DNA of 64,000 nt from Halorussus marinus (GTDB lineage: Archaea; Halobacteriota; Halobacteria; Halobacteriales; Haladaptataceae), in contig NZ_SBIV01000003.1 of the NCBI RefSeq assembly GCF_004765795.1, forward strand, positions 1-64,000, written 5' to 3'. Both the position numbers and the translations under genes were made by a program. The notes under the pieces were generated by a model that saw only the letters and a list, made by a program, of their open reading frames with translations, did no database searches and had not been told where the DNA came from. Every line of letters begins with the position of its first letter. The stretch's first letter is position 1. Below, in pieces: positions 8,929 through 17,772 of the stretch.

Positions 8929-9626
8929 AAGTGACTTCACCAGAGAAAACTATTTAACGCCTATTCTGAATCCAGTAGGTAGCCCCTCTAGAAACGGAAT
9001 TCGACAGGTGGCTTCTACAATATACCCTGTTGTTTTCCGGGAAACTGTACAGGATCATTTCTGGATTTTGTAGTCCTACCCTTGGCTATATTATTTACAT
9101 ACAGACCTGGGAACCCGTCTTGCAATGGACGATACCAAGCTTGAACGACTACTGAACCAGAAATACGCGCAAGTTGTGCTGAAAGTGTTGCTGGATGCAG
9201 AAGGGGGCAGTTACGCGTTTAGTGCACTTCGAGATGAGGTCAATACGGTTGTTGCAGACGACTCACGGGGGGCTAAGGAAACAGTCCAGGTTGGAGAATA
9301 CTCTCCAGCCTCCTTGAGTTCGATACTTTCGGAGGCAGAGGATGCTGGTGTTGTTACTCGGTTCCTCAATGGAGACGGGGAGAAACGATGGCGACTGTGC
9401 GCTTCAAAGCTGTCCCGGTCCCAGATCGCTAAGCTCAAATCCAGAAACACCGGGGTTCACACGGACACATCAAGTCTCGACCTTCACCACCAGGAGCATA
9501 CCGATTCTACGTTCTCATAGCCGACTGAATAACTTGCTTCAGTAGGGGTTTGATCGTCTCCTCTCCAAGAAACCGGTCACGAATCATCGACCTGTATAAA
9601 AATTTCGCTGGTGAAGTGACTTCACC
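8929..9626. repeat. 20-bp inverted repeat pair flanking the wHTH gene
   Basis: AAGTGACTTCACCAGAGAAA (8929-8948) vs reverse complement of 9603-9622 AAGTCACTTCACCAGCGAAA, 18/20; right copy overlaps palindrome GGTGAAGT-G-ACTTCACC (9610-9626). Confidence 0.8.
9125..9520 (+). CDS. Winged helix-turn-helix DNA-binding protein
   Basis: VLKVLLD..YAFSALRDEV..SPASLSSILSEAEDAGVVTR..KRWRL. Confidence 0.65.
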   Translation: MDDTKLERLLNQKYAQVVLKVLLDAEGGSYAFSALRDEVNTVVADDSRGAKETVQVGEYSPASLSSILSEAEDAGVVTRFLNGDGEKRWRLCASKLSRSQIAKLKSRNTGVHTDTSSLDLHHQEHTDSTFS

Positions 9627-9670
9627 CCCGGTTTGGCGATTATCCCCTGGCCCGAACGCTTGGATGCGTC

Positions 9671-10354
9671 ATGCAAGAACCGAACGACGACCAGGGAACC
9701 ATACTCCGCTGGGAAGACCACATCGTACCGATCCTCGAACATCCGGACATTCACATCCGAGACAAAGCCGTCATAGCAGTCGCATGGGAGTCGCATGCAC
9801 GGACGTCTGAACTCCACCAGCTCAGCTTCGATGACTTGGAAGACAGAGGCGACCACATGGCCATCCTGCTTACTCGTCCAGATGGCCGGGAACGATTACT
9901 CACCCTTTGCGGGTCGATGCCATACCTGAAAAAGTGGGTGCAAGTAGAACATCCAGTAACTGAACTGCTAGCTGGCAACGCTGACCCTGTAGAGGAAGCT
10001 GCCCCAGAGTCGCCAGTCTGGACGCATACCCATTCGAACAAGGAAATCTCTCTGAATCAGTTCCGATTGATCACGAGGCGGGCCTGTAAGCGCGCTGAGG
10101 TCCCGACAGAGTTCACGTTGTACGACATCCGCCGGTCACGAGCGAAACAGCTGGCTGTTCAGCTCGGGCTGAGGGCTCCTGCCCTTCGGGAGCGATTCGG
10201 GTGGGGACCACACAAGCGCAAGGAGTTCGTCAAGACCTTCGAAGAGGACGGTCTCAACGAAGATGTCAGACCGCGGCCTCCCATCCAGTGTCCAGACTGT
10301 GGAGCATGGACTCTGCCAAACCAACGATGTCTCTGGTGCGGAACCGGCTGCTGA
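9671..10354 (+). CDS. SNJ2-integrase-like catalytic domain + Zn ribbon, probably inactive
   Basis: RDKAVIAVAWESHARTSE, PYLKKW..EHP, IRRS, CPDC/CLWC; no N-terminal domain; Phe at the catalytic Tyr position. Confidence 0.75.
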   Translation: MQEPNDDQGTILRWEDHIVPILEHPDIHIRDKAVIAVAWESHARTSELHQLSFDDLEDRGDHMAILLTRPDGRERLLTLCGSMPYLKKWVQVEHPVTELLAGNADPVEEAAPESPVWTHTHSNKEISLNQFRLITRRACKRAEVPTEFTLYDIRRSRAKQLAVQLGLRAPALRERFGWGPHKRKEFVKTFEEDGLNEDVRPRPPIQCPDCGAWTLPNQRCLWCGTGC

Positions 10355-10548
10355 TAACTTACTGGCTGTAGCGAACTGCCGAACTAGCTTCCGGTTGCTT
10401 CGGCCCTTTCGAAACCATACTAATCAGGCACCATCCGTGGTGAAACACTCGCAAGTGAGGTTGCGAGTTTAATGATAAGGGTGGTGTATTGGTGGAGGAC
10501 GGAAGAGCGTATCAAGAGTGAATACGTACCGCCTATTTCACCTGCTGA

Positions 10549-11655
10549 ATGACCCGAATCACACGTGAAGAGGTCACGGGCACTCCTCATCCCGATCCGC
10601 TCTCGATGTTCGATAATGAGGCCGTTGAGCGTATTGCATCTCGCTTCGACATCCCCGCTTCGACTGCTGCCGAGTGGAAGACTGAACTTGGTGATCTCGA
10701 AACGCTGACACAGACACTGGGAGCGAACGCGCCCGACAGCGAACGATACCTCGCCCTTGTTCGTCGGCGAGAGTGGCTTCCTTATGAGCGCGAAGCTGTC
10801 CTTCGCTCTCGGACGGTTCCTGCCCACAGGTGGCTCGGTGACAAGGCAGAGAAATTCTCCGTTGAGAGCGATAGCGGTGGTAAATTAGAAATCCACAACG
10901 AAGAGGAACGATGGCACTACTCAACTAGCATAGGCTCGGGTGGGTCCTCCTCGTTGTACGCTGAGCACCACGAAAACGATCCTGAGAAGCAGGACCGTGT
11001 TGCGTTCCTAAAGCGACTAGAAAGAACAGATTCCATCATCCGGGAGTATACCCGTCGTTATGACTCTGAGTGGATCTCGCTGGCTAGAGAAGAGCAATCG
11101 GTTCGAAGGGAATTGATTTCTCTCTACCGCGATGTCGCAGGGCACCCCCACGAAGAAACCCAGAAGAAAGAGGTGGTCAAGCGACTGAAAGAGAGCTTTC
11201 CATACCTCCGACTTGATAACCGTTTCACGGCCCGTGTCGCCGATTGCTCTCTTTCCTACGCTCGGCGAATTACTTACTCGTCTGAGCGAGGAGCGGAGAG
11301 TCGTCGGGCACCCCCAGCACTCAAGCGGGAGGTCCGTGAGCGTGACGACGGCAAGTGCGTCGTTTGTGGGGAGGAAGGAACAGTCGTTCACCATGTCATC
11401 CCACACGGGCAGGGTGGGCCACATAAGAAAGATAACCTCGCTTTGCTCTGTGATAGGCACCACGAGTACGCTCACGGTCGCGGGAAGGAGCAGGTTGACG
11501 GCTCCTATGATACAGTCGAGTACGATTCACGCGAGGCGTTCTGGAATGACTGGATTGATGCTGACTTCGATGACTACGAACTCTGGCAAGAGAGACGTGG
11601 GAGCGAGCGAGAATCCGCCGACTCCGGGGAACAATCGACGTTTGCGGAATTCTAG
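10549..11655 (+). CDS. HNH endonuclease (C-terminal HNH domain)
   Basis: RERDDGKCVVCG..VHHVIPHGQGG..DNLALLCDRHHEYAH. Confidence 0.85.
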   Translation: MTRITREEVTGTPHPDPLSMFDNEAVERIASRFDIPASTAAEWKTELGDLETLTQTLGANAPDSERYLALVRRREWLPYEREAVLRSRTVPAHRWLGDKAEKFSVESDSGGKLEIHNEEERWHYSTSIGSGGSSSLYAEHHENDPEKQDRVAFLKRLERTDSIIREYTRRYDSEWISLAREEQSVRRELISLYRDVAGHPHEETQKKEVVKRLKESFPYLRLDNRFTARVADCSLSYARRITYSSERGAESRRAPPALKREVRERDDGKCVVCGEEGTVVHHVIPHGQGGPHKKDNLALLCDRHHEYAHGRGKEQVDGSYDTVEYDSREAFWNDWIDADFDDYELWQERRGSERESADSGEQSTFAEF

Positions 11656-11782
11656 CCTTCTTTGGTCTCTTCTCGCCCTCCGATTTACAGATCTGGAGTT
11701 GTCCAGAGCGGTTGCTTCCAGTTTCGATGGGAGACTGTTAGAAGTCGTCGGACGTTCTGGAGAGTAGAGTGACCGACAACGG

Positions 11783-13087
11783 TCACTCGGTCGCTTCGAC
11801 GAACTCCCGAGCGGTATCGATGACTTCCGCGTCGCCACCTAGCGTTTCGATCAAGGGTTCGATGTCTTCGACTGCGTCCAGCAGTTCTGGGTTCTCCTTC
11901 GCCAGTCGGAGTAGTTCTCTCCGCTGCTTGGATTCCTCTTTTTCGAGTTCGTCGACGGCTTCCGGTTCCATCGCCTGGTGACACCAGACGCAGAACGGTT
12001 CATCGCGCGGGGTCTCTTTGTCGCACCGCGGACACGTGATTGGTGTCCGATCTTCTGTTTTCTCCGTCTGCACGTCGAGTCCCTGAAGCTCCGCGTACTG
12101 GTTGTTCTCGTTCTCAGGTCCGAACGCCGCGATGTATCGTCGCGCGTGGTCGGAGGTCGGCTTTCTGCCTTGGCGGTCGTTAATGAACGACTCGTTCGCT
12201 CCCTGTTTGGCGAGCCAGTACGTGTTCGACTTTCTGAAGTTGGTCGGCGTTACGGGCTTGTCGATGCCAGCTCGTGGTCCCGCTTTCTTGAACCGCCCGA
12301 GGAACGTCTGGTAGCTAGCGTTGTCGTACGCGTCGTCCAGGTTGCACCAGAGAAATGCTTCGTCGTCATCTGGTGCGGGGTGCTCGCTGAGCCACTGCTG
12401 CAGGTATGGGACGCTGTTGATCAGCGTGACGGAGTGCTCCCCCTGTTTCCCGTCGAGAATGATCTGTATCCCATGGTCGGCATCGTTGACTTGCCCCATC
12501 CGGACCTCGTGCATTTCTTCCCCTCGGGGTCCGAGCTCGTGGGCGACCGTGATGAGTGCCTTATCACGTTTATTGGTCGTTCCTTCGTTAGCCATCCGTT
12601 TGGCCTCCTTCCAGTCCAGCATGTCCGCCCGACTGGGCGAGGGATCGTAGGAGTTGCTCGTCCCCGTTGGAACCCATGCAAGCGAGTCCGGCACCTCGTC
12701 GTCAGCCATCTTGAGGACTCGCTTCCCGAACACTCGGAGTGCGACCCGGTAGTCCTGGTTGGTCTCTTCGCTGAACTCTGGGGTGTTACGTTCCCGGTTG
12801 ATCCATACGACGACGTCTTCTGCAGCGTCCCGACTTTCGAGCGCGTCCGCGAGTCCACCAACTTGCTCCGCCATGATGACGCAGTGACGGAGGAGCTTGA
12901 GATGCCTGTAGTCGCCGTACTTCGAACTCAGCAGGTCGAGTTGCCGACTAAATTCGAGGAGCGCCTCGGCGTCGTCCTCCGAGATCGACGGTGCGTCCTC
13001 GTCATCAGGCTCCTCGTCAGACAGACCTGAACGTTTCTTGATTCTTTCTTGGAGGTTCTCGATTTGGTCTCTCGTTCCCATCGTCAT
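11783..13087 (-). CDS. Tyrosine integrase, haloarchaeal SNJ2-type, with C-terminal Zn ribbon
   Basis: RDKALI..GPRGEE, GKQG, TPTNFRKS, RQGR..ARRYIA, CPRC/CVWC. Confidence 0.92.
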   Translation of the reverse strand: MTMGTRDQIENLQERIKKRSGLSDEEPDDEDAPSISEDDAEALLEFSRQLDLLSSKYGDYRHLKLLRHCVIMAEQVGGLADALESRDAAEDVVVWINRERNTPEFSEETNQDYRVALRVFGKRVLKMADDEVPDSLAWVPTGTSNSYDPSPSRADMLDWKEAKRMANEGTTNKRDKALITVAHELGPRGEEMHEVRMGQVNDADHGIQIILDGKQGEHSVTLINSVPYLQQWLSEHPAPDDDEAFLWCNLDDAYDNASYQTFLGRFKKAGPRAGIDKPVTPTNFRKSNTYWLAKQGANESFINDRQGRKPTSDHARRYIAAFGPENENNQYAELQGLDVQTEKTEDRTPITCPRCDKETPRDEPFCVWCHQAMEPEAVDELEKEESKQRRELLRLAKENPELLDAVEDIEPLIETLGGDAEVIDTAREFVEATE

Positions 13088-13129
13088 TTATTAATTTGAA
13101 GTGCAGGGCTTTAACGTTCAGCCTTAAAG

Positions 13130-13142
13130 CCGGCCCTTGGCT
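13130..13142 (+). other. att site: copy of the tRNA-Cys 3' end
   Basis: CCGGCCCTTGGCT matches my recollection of the haloarchaeal tRNA-Cys 3' end (TTCAAATCCGGCCCTTGGCT); directly upstream of the integrase and at the GC boundary. Confidence 0.72.
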
Positions 13143-13586
13143 TTCTACGTGAGAACAGCGAGTTTCGGAGCGGAACGTTCGTCGTTCGAAACCGACCCGT
13201 CGCCGAGGTCGATTCCGACGTCCGAGTCGAGTGTACCGAACGGCCCGCGACCGAGACGCGATTGCTGAGCGTTCGCGGTCGAGCTCAGCTCGCTCTCTCG
13301 CCCAGACCGGACTGCAGAGGCGTTCGACGACGGTTCGGAGCCGGCAGTCGATTTGTGTGTCCGCACAATCTCTGAGGAAGGCTACTTCGAGCCGTAAGCG
13401 ACGGGATTCTCGTCTCCGACACCGTCGGCAGTCGAGTCGACGAATAGCGCCATCAGGTGGCTCAGGGGCGTCACGCGACCTTGTGGTGTGTTTCCGTGAA
13501 CCGATCCCCTCGGTATCGATTTCTGTGTATGATATGGATAGAATCCGTGGATAAGATATTTATGGATCATTCGCATGCGTTCTCCT

Positions 13587-14969
13587 ATGACGGCTGGACC
13601 ACCCATCGACGAGTTGCACTACGACGACGCGCCCGACGTGAGCACTGTTCCCGGACCGGAATCCGAAAAACTGCTTCAGAAGCAACGCGACATCGACAGC
13701 AGCGCGGTCGCGTACCCCGAAGATATCCCCGTCGCCCTCGAAGAGGGCAAGGGCGCGACGGTCCGCGACGCGGACGGTAACACGTTCATCGACATGTTCG
13801 CGGGCATCGGCGTGTTGAACGTCGGCCACGCGAACCCATACGTGCTAGAGGCGGTCCACGAGCAGACCGACAAGCTCGTCCACACCGTCGACTTCCCGAC
13901 TGAGGCCCGACTCGAACTCATCGAGAAGCTCGACGAGATCGCCCCCGAGGGCCTCGAAGGGAACAACCGGGTCGTCTTCGGCGGCCCGACCGGCAGCGAC
14001 GCGGTCGAGGCCGCGATCAAGCTCGCGAAGTACAACACGGGCGGCGACGGCCTCGTCGCCTTCCGCGGAGCGTACCACGGTGCGACCAGCGGCGCGATGA
14101 GCCTCACCGGCAACAAGAAGTTCAAAGCGGATTACACGCCGCTGCTCTCGGAGGTCGTCCACGCCCCGTACCCCCATCCGTTCAGACAGGGCAAAGAGCC
14201 CCAGGAGGCGGTCGATCACGCCCTCGAAGAGGTCCGGGCCATCGTCGAGGACCCGTACGGCGGGCTCGCCAACCCCGCGGGCATCTTCGTCGAGCCGATT
14301 CAGGGCGAGGGCGGCGTCATCACGCCACCGGAGGGCTTCCTCAAGGGCCTGCGCGAGATCGCCGACGACAACGACGTGACGCTCGTCTTCGACGAGATCC
14401 AGGCGGGGCTCGGCCGCTCGGGTCAGTGGTGGGCCAGCGAGTGGTACGACGTCACCCCCGACGTGATGACCACCGCCAAGGCGCTCGGCGGCGTGGGCTT
14501 CCCGCTGTCGGCGACGATGTACCACGAGGACCTCGACACTTGGGGGTCGGGCGACCACGCCGGCACCTATCGGGGTCACGTCGTCGCGATGCGCGCGGGC
14601 ACTCGGGCCATCGAGTACATGCAGGACCACGACCTGCTCGCCCACGCTCGCGAACTCGGCGACCACATCCGCCAGCGTCTCCGGGACGTCGGCGAGGAGA
14701 CCGGCGCAATCGGTGAGGTCCGGGGCAAGGGCCTGTTCATCGGCGCGGAGTTCGTCGACGCCGACGGCGCGCCCGACGACGACGCGGTCGCGGCCATCCA
14801 ACAGCGTTGCTACGAGAACGGCGTCCTCGTCTGGAAGGCCGGGCGACACGGCAACGTGCTCCGGCTCCTCCCGCCGCTGGTGCTCACCGAGGCGCTCGCG
14901 GAGACCGCGATGGACGTCGTCGAGCAGGCGATCCGCGACGTCGCCGCCGACGCCAAGAGCGTCGCCTGA
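13587..14969 (+). CDS. Class III PLP aminotransferase, diaminobutyrate-2-oxoglutarate transaminase (EctB/Dat)-like
   Basis: [45 protein letters not shown]. Confidence 0.85.
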   Translation: MTAGPPIDELHYDDAPDVSTVPGPESEKLLQKQRDIDSSAVAYPEDIPVALEEGKGATVRDADGNTFIDMFAGIGVLNVGHANPYVLEAVHEQTDKLVHTVDFPTEARLELIEKLDEIAPEGLEGNNRVVFGGPTGSDAVEAAIKLAKYNTGGDGLVAFRGAYHGATSGAMSLTGNKKFKADYTPLLSEVVHAPYPHPFRQGKEPQEAVDHALEEVRAIVEDPYGGLANPAGIFVEPIQGEGGVITPPEGFLKGLREIADDNDVTLVFDEIQAGLGRSGQWWASEWYDVTPDVMTTAKALGGVGFPLSATMYHEDLDTWGSGDHAGTYRGHVVAMRAGTRAIEYMQDHDLLAHARELGDHIRQRLRDVGEETGAIGEVRGKGLFIGAEFVDADGAPDDDAVAAIQQRCYENGVLVWKAGRHGNVLRLLPPLVLTEALAETAMDVVEQAIRDVAADAKSVA

Positions 14970-15010
14970 TCGCGGAGCGAGAGACGACCCACTACCATCC
15001 ACGACGACCT

Positions 15011-15400
15011 ATGACCGACACCGACCGAATCGTGACCGACGACGCACCGCGCAACGACAACCCCTACTCGCAGGGGGTCCGGGCCGGCGACACGCTGTAC
15101 GTCTCTGGCCACGGCCCCGTCGACCCCGAGACCTGCGCGGAGGTCGACGGCGACGTGCAGGCCCAGACCGACCGCGTCCTCGACAACCTCGCGGCGGTCG
15201 TCGAGGAGGCCGGCGGCGACGGGCTCGACGACGTGGTCAAGGTGACCGTCTACCTCACCGACCTCGACGACTACGACCGCGTCAACGACGCCTACGGCGA
15301 GCGGTTCCCCGGCGACCCGCCCGCGAGAGTCTGCGTCGAGGTGTCCCGGCTCCCCGGCGACGTCCGGATCGAACTCGACGCCGTGGCGTATCTGGGCTGA
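15011..15400 (+). CDS. RidA/Rid family enamine-imine deaminase
   Basis: PYSQG, YVSGH, VVKVTVYL, PPARVCV, RIELDAVA. Confidence 0.9.
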   Translation: MTDTDRIVTDDAPRNDNPYSQGVRAGDTLYVSGHGPVDPETCAEVDGDVQAQTDRVLDNLAAVVEEAGGDGLDDVVKVTVYLTDLDDYDRVNDAYGERFPGDPPARVCVEVSRLPGDVRIELDAVAYLG

Positions 15401-15407
15401 CCCCGAC

Positions 15408-16475
15408 TCACTCGCCGTCGGTTTCGCGGGCCACGACGAGCGGGTCGTCGTCGGGGACCGCGAGGTCGAGCAGTGGATCGTTCTCGTAGGCGGTCGCGCC
15501 CTCGTGGCGGCTCAGGACGTAGCCCGGCCGGTCGGTCCGGACGGTCGCCCTGTGCTCGCCGTGCGGGGTGAGGATGTCCGCCACGGGCTCTCCGTCCTCG
15601 ACGACGTCGCCCTCTCGGACGCGGTACCGAACGACTCCGGCGGTGTCGGTGTGGGGGTGGACCGCCCGCTTTCGCGGCGACGGCGTGGGCGCTTCGAGCT
15701 GTGGTTCGGCTCGGGGCGGCTCGTCGACGACCCCGAGCGCCCGCGCCACGTTCTTCAGTCCCTCGACGCCGTAGCGTCTGGCGTCGTCCTCGACGACGTA
15801 TCGCCCGCCGAGCTCGGGCGTGAAGGCCGGAATCCCGGCCTCGTGGACCGCGGCGCCCGACAGCGACCGGTGGAGCCCCTCGGCGACTTCCCGGGACCGC
15901 TCGTACTGGTTCACGACCGGCAGGCCGAACGCCGCGGTCAGGTCGGTTAGCCGGGTCGCGAGCGCGTCGGCTTCGTCCTCGGTTCGGTCTCGCCCGTAGG
16001 TGACCCGCGGCTGGATGACGTACGACGCCGAGCCGACCCACGAGGTGTGCAACGAGACGAGGGCGTCGGCGGTGTCGGCGACGAGATCGAACAGCCGGCG
16101 GTCGATGATCTCCTGGACTCGCGGTGGCCGGGTCGCCTCGGCGTCGGTGGCTGGGAAGTAGCGGTTGGGATCGTCGCCGTGGTAGTACGACGTCCGGCCG
16201 GTCACTCGGAGTCCGGCCGGGTTGGTGTTTGGGACGCAGACGACCCGCCCGGCGAGTCCCTCGGGGTCGAGCCACTCGACGAACTCGTGTGCGACCGCCA
16301 GACTCGTCGTCTCGTCGGCGTGGATCGCACCGACGACCCACAGCGTCGGGCCGGACTCGGCGCCGTCCGCGACGACGATCGGCAGTCGCTCGGCGCCGTC
16401 GGTCGGGAGCTCGGTCGCTTCGACGTACCCGGTCGTGGTCTCGCCTGCACGTACCTCTGCAGTTCCGATCTCCAT
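15408..16475 (-). CDS. Succinylglutamate desuccinylase/aspartoacylase family (M14-type) deacylase, DoeB/EutE-like
   Basis: GAIHADE, NRYFP, SLHT, FTPELGG, C-terminal biotinyl-like domain. Confidence 0.82.
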   Translation of the reverse strand: MEIGTAEVRAGETTTGYVEATELPTDGAERLPIVVADGAESGPTLWVVGAIHADETTSLAVAHEFVEWLDPEGLAGRVVCVPNTNPAGLRVTGRTSYYHGDDPNRYFPATDAEATRPPRVQEIIDRRLFDLVADTADALVSLHTSWVGSASYVIQPRVTYGRDRTEDEADALATRLTDLTAAFGLPVVNQYERSREVAEGLHRSLSGAAVHEAGIPAFTPELGGRYVVEDDARRYGVEGLKNVARALGVVDEPPRAEPQLEAPTPSPRKRAVHPHTDTAGVVRYRVREGDVVEDGEPVADILTPHGEHRATVRTDRPGYVLSRHEGATAYENDPLLDLAVPDDDPLVVARETDGE

Positions 16476-16565
16476 ACCGGCCTTCCGCGCGATGCCGACA
16501 AAACGCGTTCGCCACCGGCAACGCAGTTTCCGCCGTCGAGTCGCTCGGCGACGCGGCGGTCCTCC

Positions 16566-17219
16566 TCAGTCGTTGAGTTCTTCGACGCGCTGGTCGCGGC
16601 GCTCGGCGGCGGCGTCGACCTGTTCGATGAACTCGGTCATCTGGGCTTTCATCTCCGAGCGGATCTCGGTCGGCGAGAACTCCTCGGACTCCGAGAGGAG
16701 CCGGACGAACGCCCACAGCTCCTCGTCGGTGACCTCGCTGAAGTCGCCGAATTCGAGTTTGTCGATGACCTCGTCGACGTCGATCTGGCCGACCGGGTCG
16801 ACGTTGAAGTCGACGGTGACCATCCGGTAGTCAGATCCCGCGAGCTCCTGTTCGGCCTTGTTGACCCCCTGCGAGAGCATGTCCTTGAACGGGGTGTAGT
16901 AGCCCATCGTCCCGAGGTGGAGGAAGGCGAGCAGGTCGATGATGCCCTGCGTGTACGCCTCGCGGGCGTCGTCGTCGGGGTTGAACACCGTCTCGCGGTC
17001 GCGGTCTTCGAGGTGTTCGAACAGGATCGTGAAGTCGAGGATGGAGTTGCGGATGCGGCGTCGGATCCGGTTTCGCTTCTGCTTTTTCGAGTGTTCGGTG
17101 TAGTCGGTCTTGCGCCCGAGCAGGAACTCCCGGTCGCTCGGCGTGAGGATCCCCCTGCCGCGGTCGGGCGAGTACGTGACGCTCGCGTCGGAGTCGGCCT
17201 CGTCGGGACCGTCGGTCAT
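16566..17219 (-). CDS. Uncharacterised haloarchaeal protein, candidate transcription regulator
   Basis: RGILTPSDREFLLG..KKQKRNRIRRRIRNSILDFTILF basic helix; divergent from BCCT gene. Confidence 0.65.
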   Translation of the reverse strand: MTDGPDEADSDASVTYSPDRGRGILTPSDREFLLGRKTDYTEHSKKQKRNRIRRRIRNSILDFTILFEHLEDRDRETVFNPDDDAREAYTQGIIDLLAFLHLGTMGYYTPFKDMLSQGVNKAEQELAGSDYRMVTVDFNVDPVGQIDVDEVIDKLEFGDFSEVTDEELWAFVRLLSESEEFSPTEIRSEMKAQMTEFIEQVDAAAERRDQRVEELND

Positions 17220-17234
17220 ACACAGAATGTGTGT
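17217..17234 (-). promoter_or_regulatory. Candidate operator ACACACATTCTGTGTATG over the regulator start codon
   Basis: 16/18 identical to the site at 19448-19465. Confidence 0.6.
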
Positions 17235-17628
17235 ACGTATTTGATTAAGGGTTACGGTAGTCGGACGATATTTCCGGCTGATTCGGCGAGAGACGGGTCG
17301 AAACCGGGTACGGCGGTGATCGACGGGGCGATGGGGTCGCCGAATAGAGAACGACAGTCGGGTGCATTTCGACCGGGCGCGATCCGAACTGCGCAGACGA
17401 CTGCTCGTGACGCCGAAAAGCGACCGCCGAGTAATCCCGTCGCCGCCCCCGACATTCTCTCCCCCGCCGGCGAATTACCGTTAGGGAAGTAAACGAATAG
17501 CGTATACTAGAGGATTCAATACACATATTCTGTTTCCATTGACCTCAATAAACGTAATGTTTATGCCAATTGTTCACGACGGATGGGGTGTGCGACATCA
17601 GATAGCACGGTGCGCGTGAGGTACCCTC

Positions 17629-17772
17629 ATGAAAGCTAGAGAGTACGGCGCTACGTCCGATCCGACGTGCGAACAGCTCGACGAACGCATCTCCGTGACT
17701 ACCGGAATCGGTCAACCGGGAGCGTCCCCCGAAACCGATTTCCGGTTACGGGAGGTGGTCGCCCGTGAGTAA
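17629..17772 (+). CDS. Possible 47-aa upstream peptide overlapping the BCCT start
   Basis: MKAREYG...EVVARE; stop overlaps the GTG region of BCCT. Confidence 0.3.
   Translation: MKAREYGATSDPTCEQLDERISVTTGIGQPGASPETDFRLREVVARE

Larger units (their letters stand above)
1..13142. mobile_element. Right part of an integrative element/genomic island (left end outside window), probably integrated at tRNA-Cys
   Basis: Visibly lower GC than downstream DNA with an abrupt change near 13140; terminal tyrosine integrase; tRNA-Cys 3'-end fragment at the boundary; defence/TA cargo. Confidence 0.85.

Noticed and set aside
1..13142. Complete provirus
   Set aside because: No capsid, spike, packaging or replication genes visible in this part of the element
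13587..14969. EctB-like gene as ectoine biosynthesis
   Set aside because: No ectA or ectC nearby; neighbours are catabolic and uptake genes
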